Virus record (IMG/VR): IMGVR_UViG_3300008050_000022
Span: 32,001-96,000 of that record
Origin: a virus
Length of the DNA stretch: 64,000 bases
Direction: 5' to 3' (one strand)
Position 1 is the first letter of the stretch. Each line of letters starts with the position of its first letter. Below the pieces are notes generated by a model that did not search any database, was not told the DNA's origin, and was given only the letters and a program-made list of their open reading frames with translations. Both the position numbers and the translations under genes were made by a program. Below, in pieces: positions 56,289 to 64,000 of the stretch.

Positions 56289-56908
56289 TGGGAACGAGGC
56301 ATTTGATCTGCATCGTCGTGGACGGCAGGTTCGCCACGGCACAGTACGGACAGTGGGACGGCTATCCCGGCGGACAGGGCGCCGACATCGTGAAGTGGTT
56401 GCGAGGCACAACTCCTGAGGAGATGGAGGTCTTCAAGACGCATGCACGTGCCGCCAAGGTGCTCGATCCCAAGGAGTACGACCGGCGCTGGACGGCCTGC
56501 GGGCACGATGGCGGTCGATTCGTCAGCATGGACATCTCTGGTCGCTTCAAGGGGCAGTGGCCGCACCTGTCCAGGGATCATGGCAGCAACGTGCTGAACT
56601 ACTTCCTGGAGACGGCGGAGCCGGAGGCCTTGGACCAGGATCCCAGCTTTGCGGCCGACAGCCTGTTCTGTGAGTGGGCCTACGTCCTGGACTTGGACAA
56701 CCTGGCCTTGGAGGTGTACGCGGGATTCCAGAAGGAAGCGCACACCGAGGGCCGCTTCCACGACCTGCCCTACCTCCCTCCCGAGCACCGCAAGGATGCG
56801 GAGCAGGAGTACTTCCCCGTCAGGCTGGTCGGGAAGTGGAAGTTCGACGACATCCCGGAGGACTGGCAGAAGCAAGTCAGTCCTCCTGATGAGGAGGATG
56901 AGGAGTAA
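56288..56908 (+). CDS. Phage-type hypothetical protein
   Basis: MGTRHL...AQYGQWDGYP.G.G...DSLFCEWAYVLDLD. Confidence 0.75.
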   Translation: MGTRHLICIVVDGRFATAQYGQWDGYPGGQGADIVKWLRGTTPEEMEVFKTHARAAKVLDPKEYDRRWTACGHDGGRFVSMDISGRFKGQWPHLSRDHGSNVLNYFLETAEPEALDQDPSFAADSLFCEWAYVLDLDNLALEVYAGFQKEAHTEGRFHDLPYLPPEHRKDAEQEYFPVRLVGKWKFDDIPEDWQKQVSPPDEEDEE

Positions 56909-57294
56909 TGGGGGCAGACCTGATCTTGGCCTACGCCGAAGTCCCTGAGCCCTTCACCGATGGCACGGTGGGGGAGCTCCGGGCACTAGCAGCGAATCCA
57001 CCGAACCTCCTGTTCGACATGGTGGCGGATAGGTTGGAGTACGACGACGAAGCTGACTCGAGAGCAGATGTGACGGACAGGCTTCGTACTGCCGTCGACG
57101 TCGTGTTCGTCGAGTATTACCACCGAGGAGGTATGCACCGAGAGCTGGCCACCATTGCCATCCGCGATCGTGAGTACATCTTCACTGGCGGTATGTCGTG
57201 GGGAGATCTGCCCTCGGACGTCTACGAGGACGTCTGTATGGCAGCGATGCTGTCGGAGATGTTGATCAAACGAAACGAACAGTCAGGGTCGTAG
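56908..57294 (+). CDS. Hypothetical protein
   Basis: TAATG coupling; MGAD..., TGGMSWGD.PS. Confidence 0.7.
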   Translation: MGADLILAYAEVPEPFTDGTVGELRALAANPPNLLFDMVADRLEYDDEADSRADVTDRLRTAVDVVFVEYYHRGGMHRELATIAIRDREYIFTGGMSWGDLPSDVYEDVCMAAMLSEMLIKRNEQSGS

Positions 57295-57308
57295 GGATCC
57301 TGGCTTCC

Positions 57309-57336
57309 GGGATCCCCTTCTTCGGAGGGGGATCCC
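57309..57336 (+). terminator. GC hairpin with UUCG loop
   Basis: GGGATCCCCTTC-TTCG-GAGGGGGATCCC after the gene cluster. Confidence 0.5.
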
Positions 57337-57515
57337 ATAACGGGCATGTAGACGCTGAAGGAGGAAAGATGCCGAATCTCAAAGCCCTAAATCGAGTGTC
57401 AGAAAAAGAGGATAAACCACTGAAATACCTCAGTTAAATAGGTACCTCAACAGAGGACAATAGTAGCCTGTGTCCGGCGGAGCCGGGCACCAATACTTAG
57501 CCCTAAAAACCCGCC

Positions 57516-57543
57516 TGAAAGACTGCACCATCTAGGGGATAAG
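57516..57543 (+). promoter_or_regulatory. Phage promoter motif TGAAAG-N17-ATAAG
   Basis: tgaaagactgcaccatctaggggataag, upstream of the ligase-rIIA-rIIB operon. Confidence 0.7.
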
Positions 57544-57590
57544 GACTCTGTGGAGACACAGGGACCTACCCCTGAAGGAGGTATCTACAA

Positions 57591-59054
57591 ATGGCGTGGA
57601 ATGGATCGACAAGAGAGTTTAGACAGACGGGTCGCAAGCACACTCTGGTGTGGAAGATCCGGGTAGTCAGCGCGACTGAGACTACCTGGCACGGAACCTT
57701 GGACGGGCAGCTGCAGAAGACGTCCCACACTTACGGCGGTGTGAACAGGGGCAAGGCGAACGCGCTTTCCCCCTCCGAGAACGCCGTACTGAAGGCGGAG
57801 AGGAAGATCACTCTGAAGACTCGCTCCGGGTACCTGGAGTACGAGGACGGTCGACCCCTTCGAGGGGGTCGAGCAGACAAGATCGACCCCGAGCGGCCCC
57901 TCCCCAGCAACCTCTGCTTCTACAAGCCCGACAACTCCTTGGGGGCGGGGCTGAAGAAGAAGGCTCGTTCCGGCGACGCACTCTTCTTCAGGAAGCGGGA
58001 CGGCATGATGTACGTCCTCCGCACCACGGAGGATGACGTGGAGTTCTACTCCCGCCGCATGATGCCCAGCATGGACAAGGAGCCCGAGCGGGACTGGGCA
58101 GAGAGGCTTCCGTACATCTACGAGGAGGCCGTTCAGGCGCTCTACGATGGAACTCTGGCCCCGAACAGCATCGTGCTGGGAGAGCTCGTAGCGGATCGTG
58201 ACGGACAGGACGACTTCAAGGGAGTGGCTGAAGTCATCAAGTCCTCCACGGGCAAGGCTCTCTCCCGTCAGCAGACGAGCGGGTTCCTCAAGTTCTACCC
58301 GTGGGACATCGCACTGTGGGACGGAGAGCCTGTAGTCAAGACCCGTCCGTTCAGCGAGCGGCTGGGAACCTTGCAGGGGCTCGTAGCCCGGAGCACGGAG
58401 GGGTTCGCAGAGCCCGAAGTCTTCACTGGCAAGGACATCTGGGATGACGGCATCCCTGCCGTGATCTCCCTAGCCGCAGAAGACGGGATTGAGCTCCACT
58501 TTCGAAAGACGCTCTCCGAGTACCCGGTGGCCAAGTTCGAGGACTCCTCTGGGACGATCCGAGAGGTGCTGTTGGACGGCATCGCCAAGAGCCTGGCTTC
58601 TCAGTTCGACTGGGAGGGGTGGGTAGTAGTCGATCCCAAGGGAGTCTACGGCGAGAAGGGCTTCAACTTCCGAGGCAAGGCAGATCGTCCCGGCAGGTTC
58701 GTCGGGAAGCTGAAGCCTTCCTACGAGGACGACTTCGTAGGTCTGTGGGAGCCCGACAAGGGAATCGGTACGTGGGGTACGGGCCGACACCAGAAGCAGG
58801 TAGGCAGCCTGGGCCTCTACCAGCTGGACAGGAACGATGAGCTGGTTTTCATCTGCAACTGCGGGGGAGGGCTAACCGACGCCATGAAGGCGAGGCTGAT
58901 CGATCCAGACGAGTACCCGGTGGTGGTGCGGGCGGAGTACGACTCCCGCACCTACATCACGCAAGGAGGCAAGACGAACGCTCTCAGGTTCCCCCGTGTG
59001 GTGGCCCTGAGAGACGACAAGACCGCTGAAGAGTGCATCAACATGAAGCTGTAG
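57591..59054 (+). CDS. ATP-dependent DNA ligase with N-terminal WGR-like domain
   Basis: Motif I RKRDG, III LGEL, IIIa FYPWDI, IV WEGWVV, V KLKP, VI LRFPR..LRDDK; AAGGAGG RBS. Confidence 0.88.
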   Translation: MAWNGSTREFRQTGRKHTLVWKIRVVSATETTWHGTLDGQLQKTSHTYGGVNRGKANALSPSENAVLKAERKITLKTRSGYLEYEDGRPLRGGRADKIDPERPLPSNLCFYKPDNSLGAGLKKKARSGDALFFRKRDGMMYVLRTTEDDVEFYSRRMMPSMDKEPERDWAERLPYIYEEAVQALYDGTLAPNSIVLGELVADRDGQDDFKGVAEVIKSSTGKALSRQQTSGFLKFYPWDIALWDGEPVVKTRPFSERLGTLQGLVARSTEGFAEPEVFTGKDIWDDGIPAVISLAAEDGIELHFRKTLSEYPVAKFEDSSGTIREVLLDGIAKSLASQFDWEGWVVVDPKGVYGEKGFNFRGKADRPGRFVGKLKPSYEDDFVGLWEPDKGIGTWGTGRHQKQVGSLGLYQLDRNDELVFICNCGGGLTDAMKARLIDPDEYPVVVRAEYDSRTYITQGGKTNALRFPRVVALRDDKTAEECINMKL

Positions 59055-59064
59055 GAGAGCATCG

Positions 59065-61146
59065 GTGATACCGAGCAGAAAGACTAGAGCCGTCACTAGT
59101 GGCGGAGTGATGACCCAGGGGGTCTTCGGGATCAGCGACCAGGATCAAGCCCACATCCTGCAGATTCTCCGAGACCGCCTCTACACCAACAAGATCCTGG
59201 CCGTCCTAAGGGAGTACGGCTCCAATGCGTGGGATGAGCACCGTGATGCGGGCACCCCCGACCGACCGATCAAGGTCGTCCTTCCGACCAGGCTGGTTCC
59301 CGCCCTAGTCATTCGTGACTACGGGCGGGGGCTGTCGGAGGACGACGTCCTCAACGTCTACGTCAAGTACGGTGCCTCTACCAAGAGGGATGCGGACGTG
59401 GCCGTAGGCATGTTGGGGATCGGGGCCAAGTCCGCGTTCGCTTACGCAGACAGCTTCACCGTCACCTCCTTCCAGGCGGGCGTGAAGTCTATCTACGTGG
59501 CGGTCCTGGACGAGTCCGACGTGGGCGTGATCAACAAGCTGGGCGAGGCTCCGTGCAAGGCGGACGAAACTGGCGTCGAGATCAAGGTTCAGGTCGATCC
59601 GAAGGACATCTGGGACTTCCAGCGGGAAGCTGCTGCCCTGTTCCCCTTCTTCAACCCGCAGCCCGTCATCAACCTGGAACTGCCGAAGCTCGAGCTGGAC
59701 AAGAACAGCGCGGGGTTCGTCTACGCAGAGCAGTTCGACGGACTGGATCAGTGGGTAGCTGTGATGGGCTGCGTCCCGTACCGAATCGACTTCACCTCGG
59801 TGAGTGATCGGCTTCGGGACGCAGGACTCCTAGGCTTCTCGCGTGCTGCAAGAGGCGGCCTGCTCTTCGACATCGGAGATGTGGACGTTGCGGCCAACCG
59901 GGAAGGTCTCGAGTACACCGAGGACACGAAGAACGGGATCGTAGAGAGGCTAGGAGATCTCAGAGACGAGATCATCAAGGACCTCGCCAAGTCGGTAGAC
60001 GATCCAACCCTGTCGCACTGGGAACGGCGCCACAAAGTACTCCGGCTGATGACTGCTAGAGGACTGAGCGGGTTGCGAGAGGCCGCCAAGGGCTACGAAT
60101 CCAGCTCCGTGACCATCATTCCGGCGGATCCAAAGGAGGCTCCCAAGGAGTTTCGTCTCCGTCACCTCCAGAAGCCTGGGTACAAGAAGCGAGCATGGAC
60201 CCTGGAGAGCATTCGCAGAATCGAAGTTGATGTGGGCACCCGTTTCATCATCCGAGACAACGCGAAGAACTCCAGGGGGTACTACGAGTCGAACAGCGAT
60301 CGGTTCATCCTCCCCATCAACGGAGTGGATGATGCAGAGAAGGAGCTGCTGGAAGTACTGGAGAAGCACAAGCTGACAGGGGTTCCGGTTCTCCGGGCCT
60401 CCAAGATGACCTACGTGCCCTTCTCGACATCCTCCCGTAACTACGGGCCGTCGAACTCCAAGTACAACCAGCGAACCTTCGTACTGAGCCGTGACGAGTA
60501 CTTCTCCTACGACTCCAAGGACTGGAGTAAGGCGGAGATCCCTCTGGACAAGGACGATGTGTTCGTGATCTTGGAGAAGTTCAAGTCCTGCACCGCAAGG
60601 TTCTACCAGCGCGTCGACATAGCTCGAGATCTGGCGAAGCTCTTCAAGGAGCCCCTGCCAGACTTCTACGGACTGCGGAGCACGCAGACCAAGCCTGTCT
60701 ATGCGGACGACGTAGACGCGATCCCGTTCACAGAGTGGTACGAGTCGTACCTGGATGACCTTCTCCGGCTACCCAGGGCAAAGTACCTGGCACGGGCCTA
60801 CGCCTGGACCAGCTCCGTCGGATCCACTGCCGACACTACGGGGGTCGAGAAGCTCCTAGGCAAGAAGCATCGGATATCGAAGTTCCTCCGCACTGATAGG
60901 GAGTACAGAAAGGCTCTCTACGCAGCACAGAACGTCAACGCTGGCGCACTGTGGGAGCGGTCCAAGCAAGCCCACCCCAAGTCTGCTCCAGGCGAAGCAG
61001 GGCGGGACCTCGTTCGGGACATCAAGCAGCGCTACCCGCTGCTCCAGGTAAACAACCCCGCCTTCAACATGGATCAGCTCACCAGTCGGCACGCGGCTGA
61101 CTGGATTGAGTACATCCAACTAGTCGACAGCCAGAGGAAGAAATGA
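59065..61146 (+). CDS. rIIA: rIIA-like protein (GHKL/Hsp90-type ATPase N-domain)
   Basis: LYTNKILAVLREYGSNAWD, IRDYGRGLS, YGASTKR, GMLGIGAKS, NREGLEYT. Confidence 0.85.
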   Translation: MIPSRKTRAVTSGGVMTQGVFGISDQDQAHILQILRDRLYTNKILAVLREYGSNAWDEHRDAGTPDRPIKVVLPTRLVPALVIRDYGRGLSEDDVLNVYVKYGASTKRDADVAVGMLGIGAKSAFAYADSFTVTSFQAGVKSIYVAVLDESDVGVINKLGEAPCKADETGVEIKVQVDPKDIWDFQREAAALFPFFNPQPVINLELPKLELDKNSAGFVYAEQFDGLDQWVAVMGCVPYRIDFTSVSDRLRDAGLLGFSRAARGGLLFDIGDVDVAANREGLEYTEDTKNGIVERLGDLRDEIIKDLAKSVDDPTLSHWERRHKVLRLMTARGLSGLREAAKGYESSSVTIIPADPKEAPKEFRLRHLQKPGYKKRAWTLESIRRIEVDVGTRFIIRDNAKNSRGYYESNSDRFILPINGVDDAEKELLEVLEKHKLTGVPVLRASKMTYVPFSTSSRNYGPSNSKYNQRTFVLSRDEYFSYDSKDWSKAEIPLDKDDVFVILEKFKSCTARFYQRVDIARDLAKLFKEPLPDFYGLRSTQTKPVYADDVDAIPFTEWYESYLDDLLRLPRAKYLARAYAWTSSVGSTADTTGVEKLLGKKHRISKFLRTDREYRKALYAAQNVNAGALWERSKQAHPKSAPGEAGRDLVRDIKQRYPLLQVNNPAFNMDQLTSRHAADWIEYIQLVDSQRKK

Positions 61147-62147
61147 CAGCAACACCGGCATACACGCAGACCAACGAGTCCATCACGGTGGTTCTCGAGG
61201 GCACCCCGTACACCATCAAGCGAGAACAGAAGAACTGGGACGCGGTGAAGACCGCGGTCTTCCACGAGGACTGGGAGGAGCTCGCTCGCATGATCTCCCC
61301 CAAGATCCCCATCGAGCAGTGGGCTTCGGGCGAGTTCACCGTGCAGGACAACCTGATCTTCTACAACAGCGAGCCCATCGACCAGAGGCTCAACGAGCGC
61401 ATCCTGGAGATGGCAGAGGCGGGAGATGATCCCAGCTTCATGTTCGCCTTCTGGAAGCGGCTCCAGCTGAACCCGTCCTCCCGATCGGTGGCCCAGCTCT
61501 ACCCCTTCATGGCCCACCAGGGCATCCCGATCGTCGAAGGTGGGTACTTCCTGGCCTACAAGGGCGTCAAGGATGACTACACCGACTGCCACACTGGGAA
61601 GGTGGACAACAAGCCTGGCACGGTCAACGAGATGCGGCGCAACCGCATCAGCGATGACCCGAACTACGCATGCCACTACGGCTTCCACGTCGGAGACGAG
61701 AGCTACGCCACCTCCTTCGGGAGCCGCACCGTGGTGGTCAAGGTCGATCCGGCCGACGTGGTCTGCATCCCCTACGACTCCGGCCAGCGCAAGATGCGGG
61801 TCTGTAAGTACGAGGTGGTTGGGCACTACGGAGGTCAGCTCCTGCCCAGCACCACGTTCGAGGAGGGGAAGGTCGAGGAGATGGACTCCTCTGGTGTGGA
61901 CGAGGCCGATGTGGTCGACGAGTCGGAAGCAGAGCCAGTCAGGTTCTGGGTGGCCGGTGTGGCGGTGAGCGGGTGGGAGGACTTCCACAAGCTCTCCGAC
62001 GGAGTCCTGGCTACTCAGAAGCTGGGAGACCTGCGGAAGTACGCCTCCAAGGTGTGCCAGATCGTAGGTGCCAGCAAGCTGCGGGGAGGCAAGTCTGCTC
62101 TCCTGGAGAAGCTGTATCAGGTCCGTGCTGATCTCGGAGTCAGCTAG
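61143..62147 (+). CDS. rIIB: rIIB-like protein
   Basis: NPS.RSV.QLY.F, GYFLAYKGV..DYTD, M.R..ISDDP..AC..GFHVG, VKVDPADVV.IP.D...KMRVC.YEV; follows rIIA. Confidence 0.88.
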   Translation: MTATPAYTQTNESITVVLEGTPYTIKREQKNWDAVKTAVFHEDWEELARMISPKIPIEQWASGEFTVQDNLIFYNSEPIDQRLNERILEMAEAGDDPSFMFAFWKRLQLNPSSRSVAQLYPFMAHQGIPIVEGGYFLAYKGVKDDYTDCHTGKVDNKPGTVNEMRRNRISDDPNYACHYGFHVGDESYATSFGSRTVVVKVDPADVVCIPYDSGQRKMRVCKYEVVGHYGGQLLPSTTFEEGKVEEMDSSGVDEADVVDESEAEPVRFWVAGVAVSGWEDFHKLSDGVLATQKLGDLRKYASKVCQIVGASKLRGGKSALLEKLYQVRADLGVS

Positions 62148-62154
62148 AACGTGA

Positions 62155-62195
62155 GATAGGGGAGGGGCTTCGGCCCCTCCCCTATCCTCTTTCTT
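62155..62195 (+). terminator. Rho-independent terminator
   Basis: GATAGGGGAGGGGC-TTCG-GCCCCTCCCCTATC followed by CTCTTTCTT. Confidence 0.75.
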
Positions 62196-62211
62196 AGCTT
62201 ACGCTGCCCTC

Positions 62212-62673
62212 ATGTCACGACGACCCTATGTCTCGACCTACTTCTCCCCGAACCGTGGCTCTGCGGCCACTATCGAGGGATTCATCCGGAACACTCAGTC
62301 CACTCTGGACATAGCCATCTACGCCCTGACGCATGAGAGCATCGGGAAGGCAGTCGTAGCAGCGCACAAACGAGGGGTCGCTGTCCGCCTCCTAGTGGAC
62401 AAGGTGCAGGCTGCCGGCAGGTACTCCATCGTCGCCAGGATGATGGTCGAAGGAGTACCTACCAGGCTGGACCACCAGAGCGGTTCGATGCACCACAAGA
62501 TGGCGATCTCCGATGCTCTGCTCCCCTCTCGAGCGGTCGCCCTTGGCAGCTTCAACTGGACCAAGAACGCCGACGAGAGGAACGCAGAGTCACTAGTGAT
62601 CGTCCGACTACGTGCCGTGACCAGTGCGTGTACCAAGGAGTACGAGCAGCTCTGGGAGGCGAACTCCCCTTAG
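62212..62673 (+). CDS. Phospholipase D-family (Nuc-like) nuclease, single HKD domain
   Basis: YFSP, LDIAIY.LT, A.KRGV.VR, MHHKMAISD, GSFNWT..A...N.E. Confidence 0.85.
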   Translation: MSRRPYVSTYFSPNRGSAATIEGFIRNTQSTLDIAIYALTHESIGKAVVAAHKRGVAVRLLVDKVQAAGRYSIVARMMVEGVPTRLDHQSGSMHHKMAISDALLPSRAVALGSFNWTKNADERNAESLVIVRLRAVTSACTKEYEQLWEANSP

Positions 62674-62691
62674 GCCGCCTCACCAACCGAG

Positions 62692-62871
62692 CTACAGGGG
62701 CGTCTCTGTCCGACACGAGCCACACTTGCCACACCGCAAGGAGTTGTCGTGCTTCTGCCGAACCAGCGTGCCTCCGCACTTGCACCGCAGGTTGTTCAGG
62801 CCGCCCTTGGGAGCCTGCACGATCCCAGTACGACCGTTGTTCACCACCTTGACGATTCGCCTCTTCTTCAT
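62692..62871 (-). CDS. 59-aa basic Zn-ribbon protein (below the ORF-track cutoff)
   Basis: GGAGG RBS; MKKRRIVKVVNNGRTGIVQAPKGGLNNLRCKCGGTLVRQKHDNSLRCGKCGSCRTETPL. Confidence 0.65.
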   Translation of the reverse strand: MKKRRIVKVVNNGRTGIVQAPKGGLNNLRCKCGGTLVRQKHDNSLRCGKCGSCRTETPL

Positions 62872-62872
62872 C

Positions 62873-63340
62873 TCAACCTCCGAAGACTTCTGCCGCTGGG
62901 GGATGCGAGCCTAGCGCAGACAGGTCGTGCGGGGCGTCGTCTACTGCGCCCATCGCCTTCAGGACAGCATCGCCCTTCTCGGCCCGCTCTGCCTCGAGCT
63001 GAGCCTCGGCCTCGGCCAACTTCTTCTTGGCCTCTCGCTCCTCGCGGAAGACTCTGATGGCCTCCTCTCGTCGCTCCCTCTGAGACGTGGCGAACTGGAG
63101 GAACTCTTCCTCGGTGAGGAGGTTCTTGTCGATCAGGACATCGACCACGGCGTTGACTCGATCGTTCTGGGCATCAACCACAGCTGCCGAAGCTTGAACG
63201 ATCTGTCCGAGCCTCGCCATGTTGATTTCCATCGATTCGTTCACGGCGTTGCGGAACTTGTCCAGCGCCTCCGTGACGAAGACGAACATCCGCTTCTCGA
63301 GCCTCGCCAGTAGGTCCTTCTTCGTACCCTTGCTCATCAC
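62873..63340 (-). CDS. Hypothetical coiled-coil protein
   Basis: Coding-like codons; coupled to the upstream gene. Confidence 0.7.
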   Translation of the reverse strand: MMSKGTKKDLLARLEKRMFVFVTEALDKFRNAVNESMEINMARLGQIVQASAAVVDAQNDRVNAVVDVLIDKNLLTEEEFLQFATSQRERREEAIRVFREEREAKKKLAEAEAQLEAERAEKGDAVLKAMGAVDDAPHDLSALGSHPPAAEVFGG

Positions 63341-63570
63341 ACGTCCCGGTTCAGTAGTTCTTCCAGGGCCTCTTGCAGCTCCTGGAGGGCGGAGTCCAGC
63401 TCCTCAGCTACCTCATTCACATGAGCCAGCTCGACGTCTCGGAGATTCACGATCGGATCATCGTCTCCGGTGGGGAGGAGATCCGAATCGAGCTTCTCTC
63501 GAAGGTGTGACCATACGCCGATCAGCCCTTCAAGGTGCGCGATCTCTTCTAGAAGTTCTTTTGCCTTCAC
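63337..63570 (-). CDS. Small acidic helical hypothetical protein
   Basis: AAGGGG RBS, GTG start. Confidence 0.65.
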   Translation of the reverse strand: MKAKELLEEIAHLEGLIGVWSHLREKLDSDLLPTGDDDPIVNLRDVELAHVNEVAEELDSALQELQEALEELLNRDV

Positions 63571-63599
63571 CGCAAATCCCCTTGGTGCTCAGGTATAAG
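63571..63599 (+). promoter_or_regulatory. Phage promoter motif CGCAAA-N18-ATAAG
   Basis: cgcaaatccccttggtgctcaggtataag, immediately before a structured non-coding stretch. Confidence 0.55.
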
Positions 63600-63605
63600 T
63601 GGAAT

Positions 63606-63714
63606 GGTCGGTAACGCGCTGGGCGGAGGTACCCCAACCGGCAAGAGCGCAGACTCTGGAACCGACCGACGCGACCTGGTGAGCACTCCAACCTGAGTGT
63701 GAAGGGGTCGCGTC
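63606..63714 (+). ncRNA. Candidate two-hairpin non-coding RNA
   Basis: Stems GGTCGGT/ACCGACC (inner GCGCT/AGCGC) and GACGCGACC/GGTCGCGTC (inner CACTC/GAGTG); begins 6 nt after the promoter motif, in an intergenic gap. Confidence 0.55.
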
Positions 63715-63727
63715 TCTGTAAGTAGGC

Positions 63728-63991
63728 TCATCCATGGCGATTCTCGGTATCGACGATAGTTCGATGAATAGTCCCTTGGAAGTCCACTGAACAAACGTGC
63801 CAAGAGCAGTAAGAGTCGTACCGCCACAAGAATCGGTCGCCAGGTCTTCCATGTTCGGGGCACGGTCCTTCTTCCTTACGTAGCCCGAACATCTGATCAG
63901 TTCCAGGTAACGGCGAGGCATGCCTCGTCTTCTTAAGCCAGAAGGCTGCCAGGGCAGCGACTACGACAGCCGAGACGATTAACCAAGGCAC
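63728..63991 (-). CDS. Small membrane-anchored protein with Cys/His cluster
   Basis: GGAG RBS, GTG start; N-terminal TM WLIVSAVVVAALAAFWL; CPEHG...C...C. Confidence 0.55.
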   Translation of the reverse strand: MPWLIVSAVVVAALAAFWLKKTRHASPLPGTDQMFGLRKEEGPCPEHGRPGDRFLWRYDSYCSWHVCSVDFQGTIHRTIVDTENRHG

Positions 63992-64000
63992 GATCTCTCC

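Noticed and set aside
55736-57341. GGCGTAAC (55737) and CCCATAAC (57334) as extra copies of the phage promoter
   Set aside because: They resemble the -10 part only and lack the upstream YGNAAR hexamer.
63567-63921. ORFs 63567-63863 and 63589-63921
   Set aside because: They overlap the more protein-like 63728-63991 ORF (RBS, TM helix) and the structured promoter-linked region; treated as spurious, though not excluded.
1-64000. Stop-codon reassignment, suggested by frequent TAG/CTAG strings
   Set aside because: TAG, TGA and TAA all end recognisable genes at coupled junctions, and standard-code ORFs are long and intact.
1-64000. tRNA, rRNA, integrase, transposase, major capsid, portal or terminase genes
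   Set aside because: None recognised in this window; they may lie elsewhere in the genome.

Overview
This is a 64-kb internal segment of a large, GC-rich tailed dsDNA phage genome (myovirus-like, probably jumbo-sized). No host-chromosome genes, rRNA, tRNA or CRISPR array were seen. Layout: (i) 1-2659, a minus-strand ORF missing from the ORF track and truncated by the window edge, built from K-x-A-delimited basic Gly/Ala-rich modules. (ii) 2771-19786, a plus-strand replication/recombination block: HTH regulator, SF2 helicase, family-4 UDG, DnaB helicase, primase, Zn-rich putative SSB, family-A DNA polymerase, HU, RecA, PD-(D/E)xK and Cas4-like nucleases, RusA. (iii) 19806-55692, a minus-strand virion block: very large repeat-containing baseplate proteins, gp25-like, hub with a lysozyme-like insert, tape-measure-like protein, a membrane-protein cassette with a YARHG protein, and a sigma70-family sigma factor beside small 'AFxxExxKxA'-leader proteins. 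(iv) 55758-62673, plus-strand accessory genes: YubB-like, ATP-dependent ligase, rIIA, rIIB, PLD nuclease. (v) a few minus-strand small genes. The most notable signal is a recurrent bipartite promoter-like motif, YGNAAR-N17/18-ATAAG (sigma28-like), seen only on the plus strand, ahead of replication/early genes and ahead of candidate structured small RNAs. The only sigma gene in the window sits in the virion operon and carries a K-x-A leader. Together these suggest, by inference, a virion-packaged, protease-matured sigma factor plus polyprotein-derived internal cargo. All family calls are from motif recognition by eye; no database searches were run.
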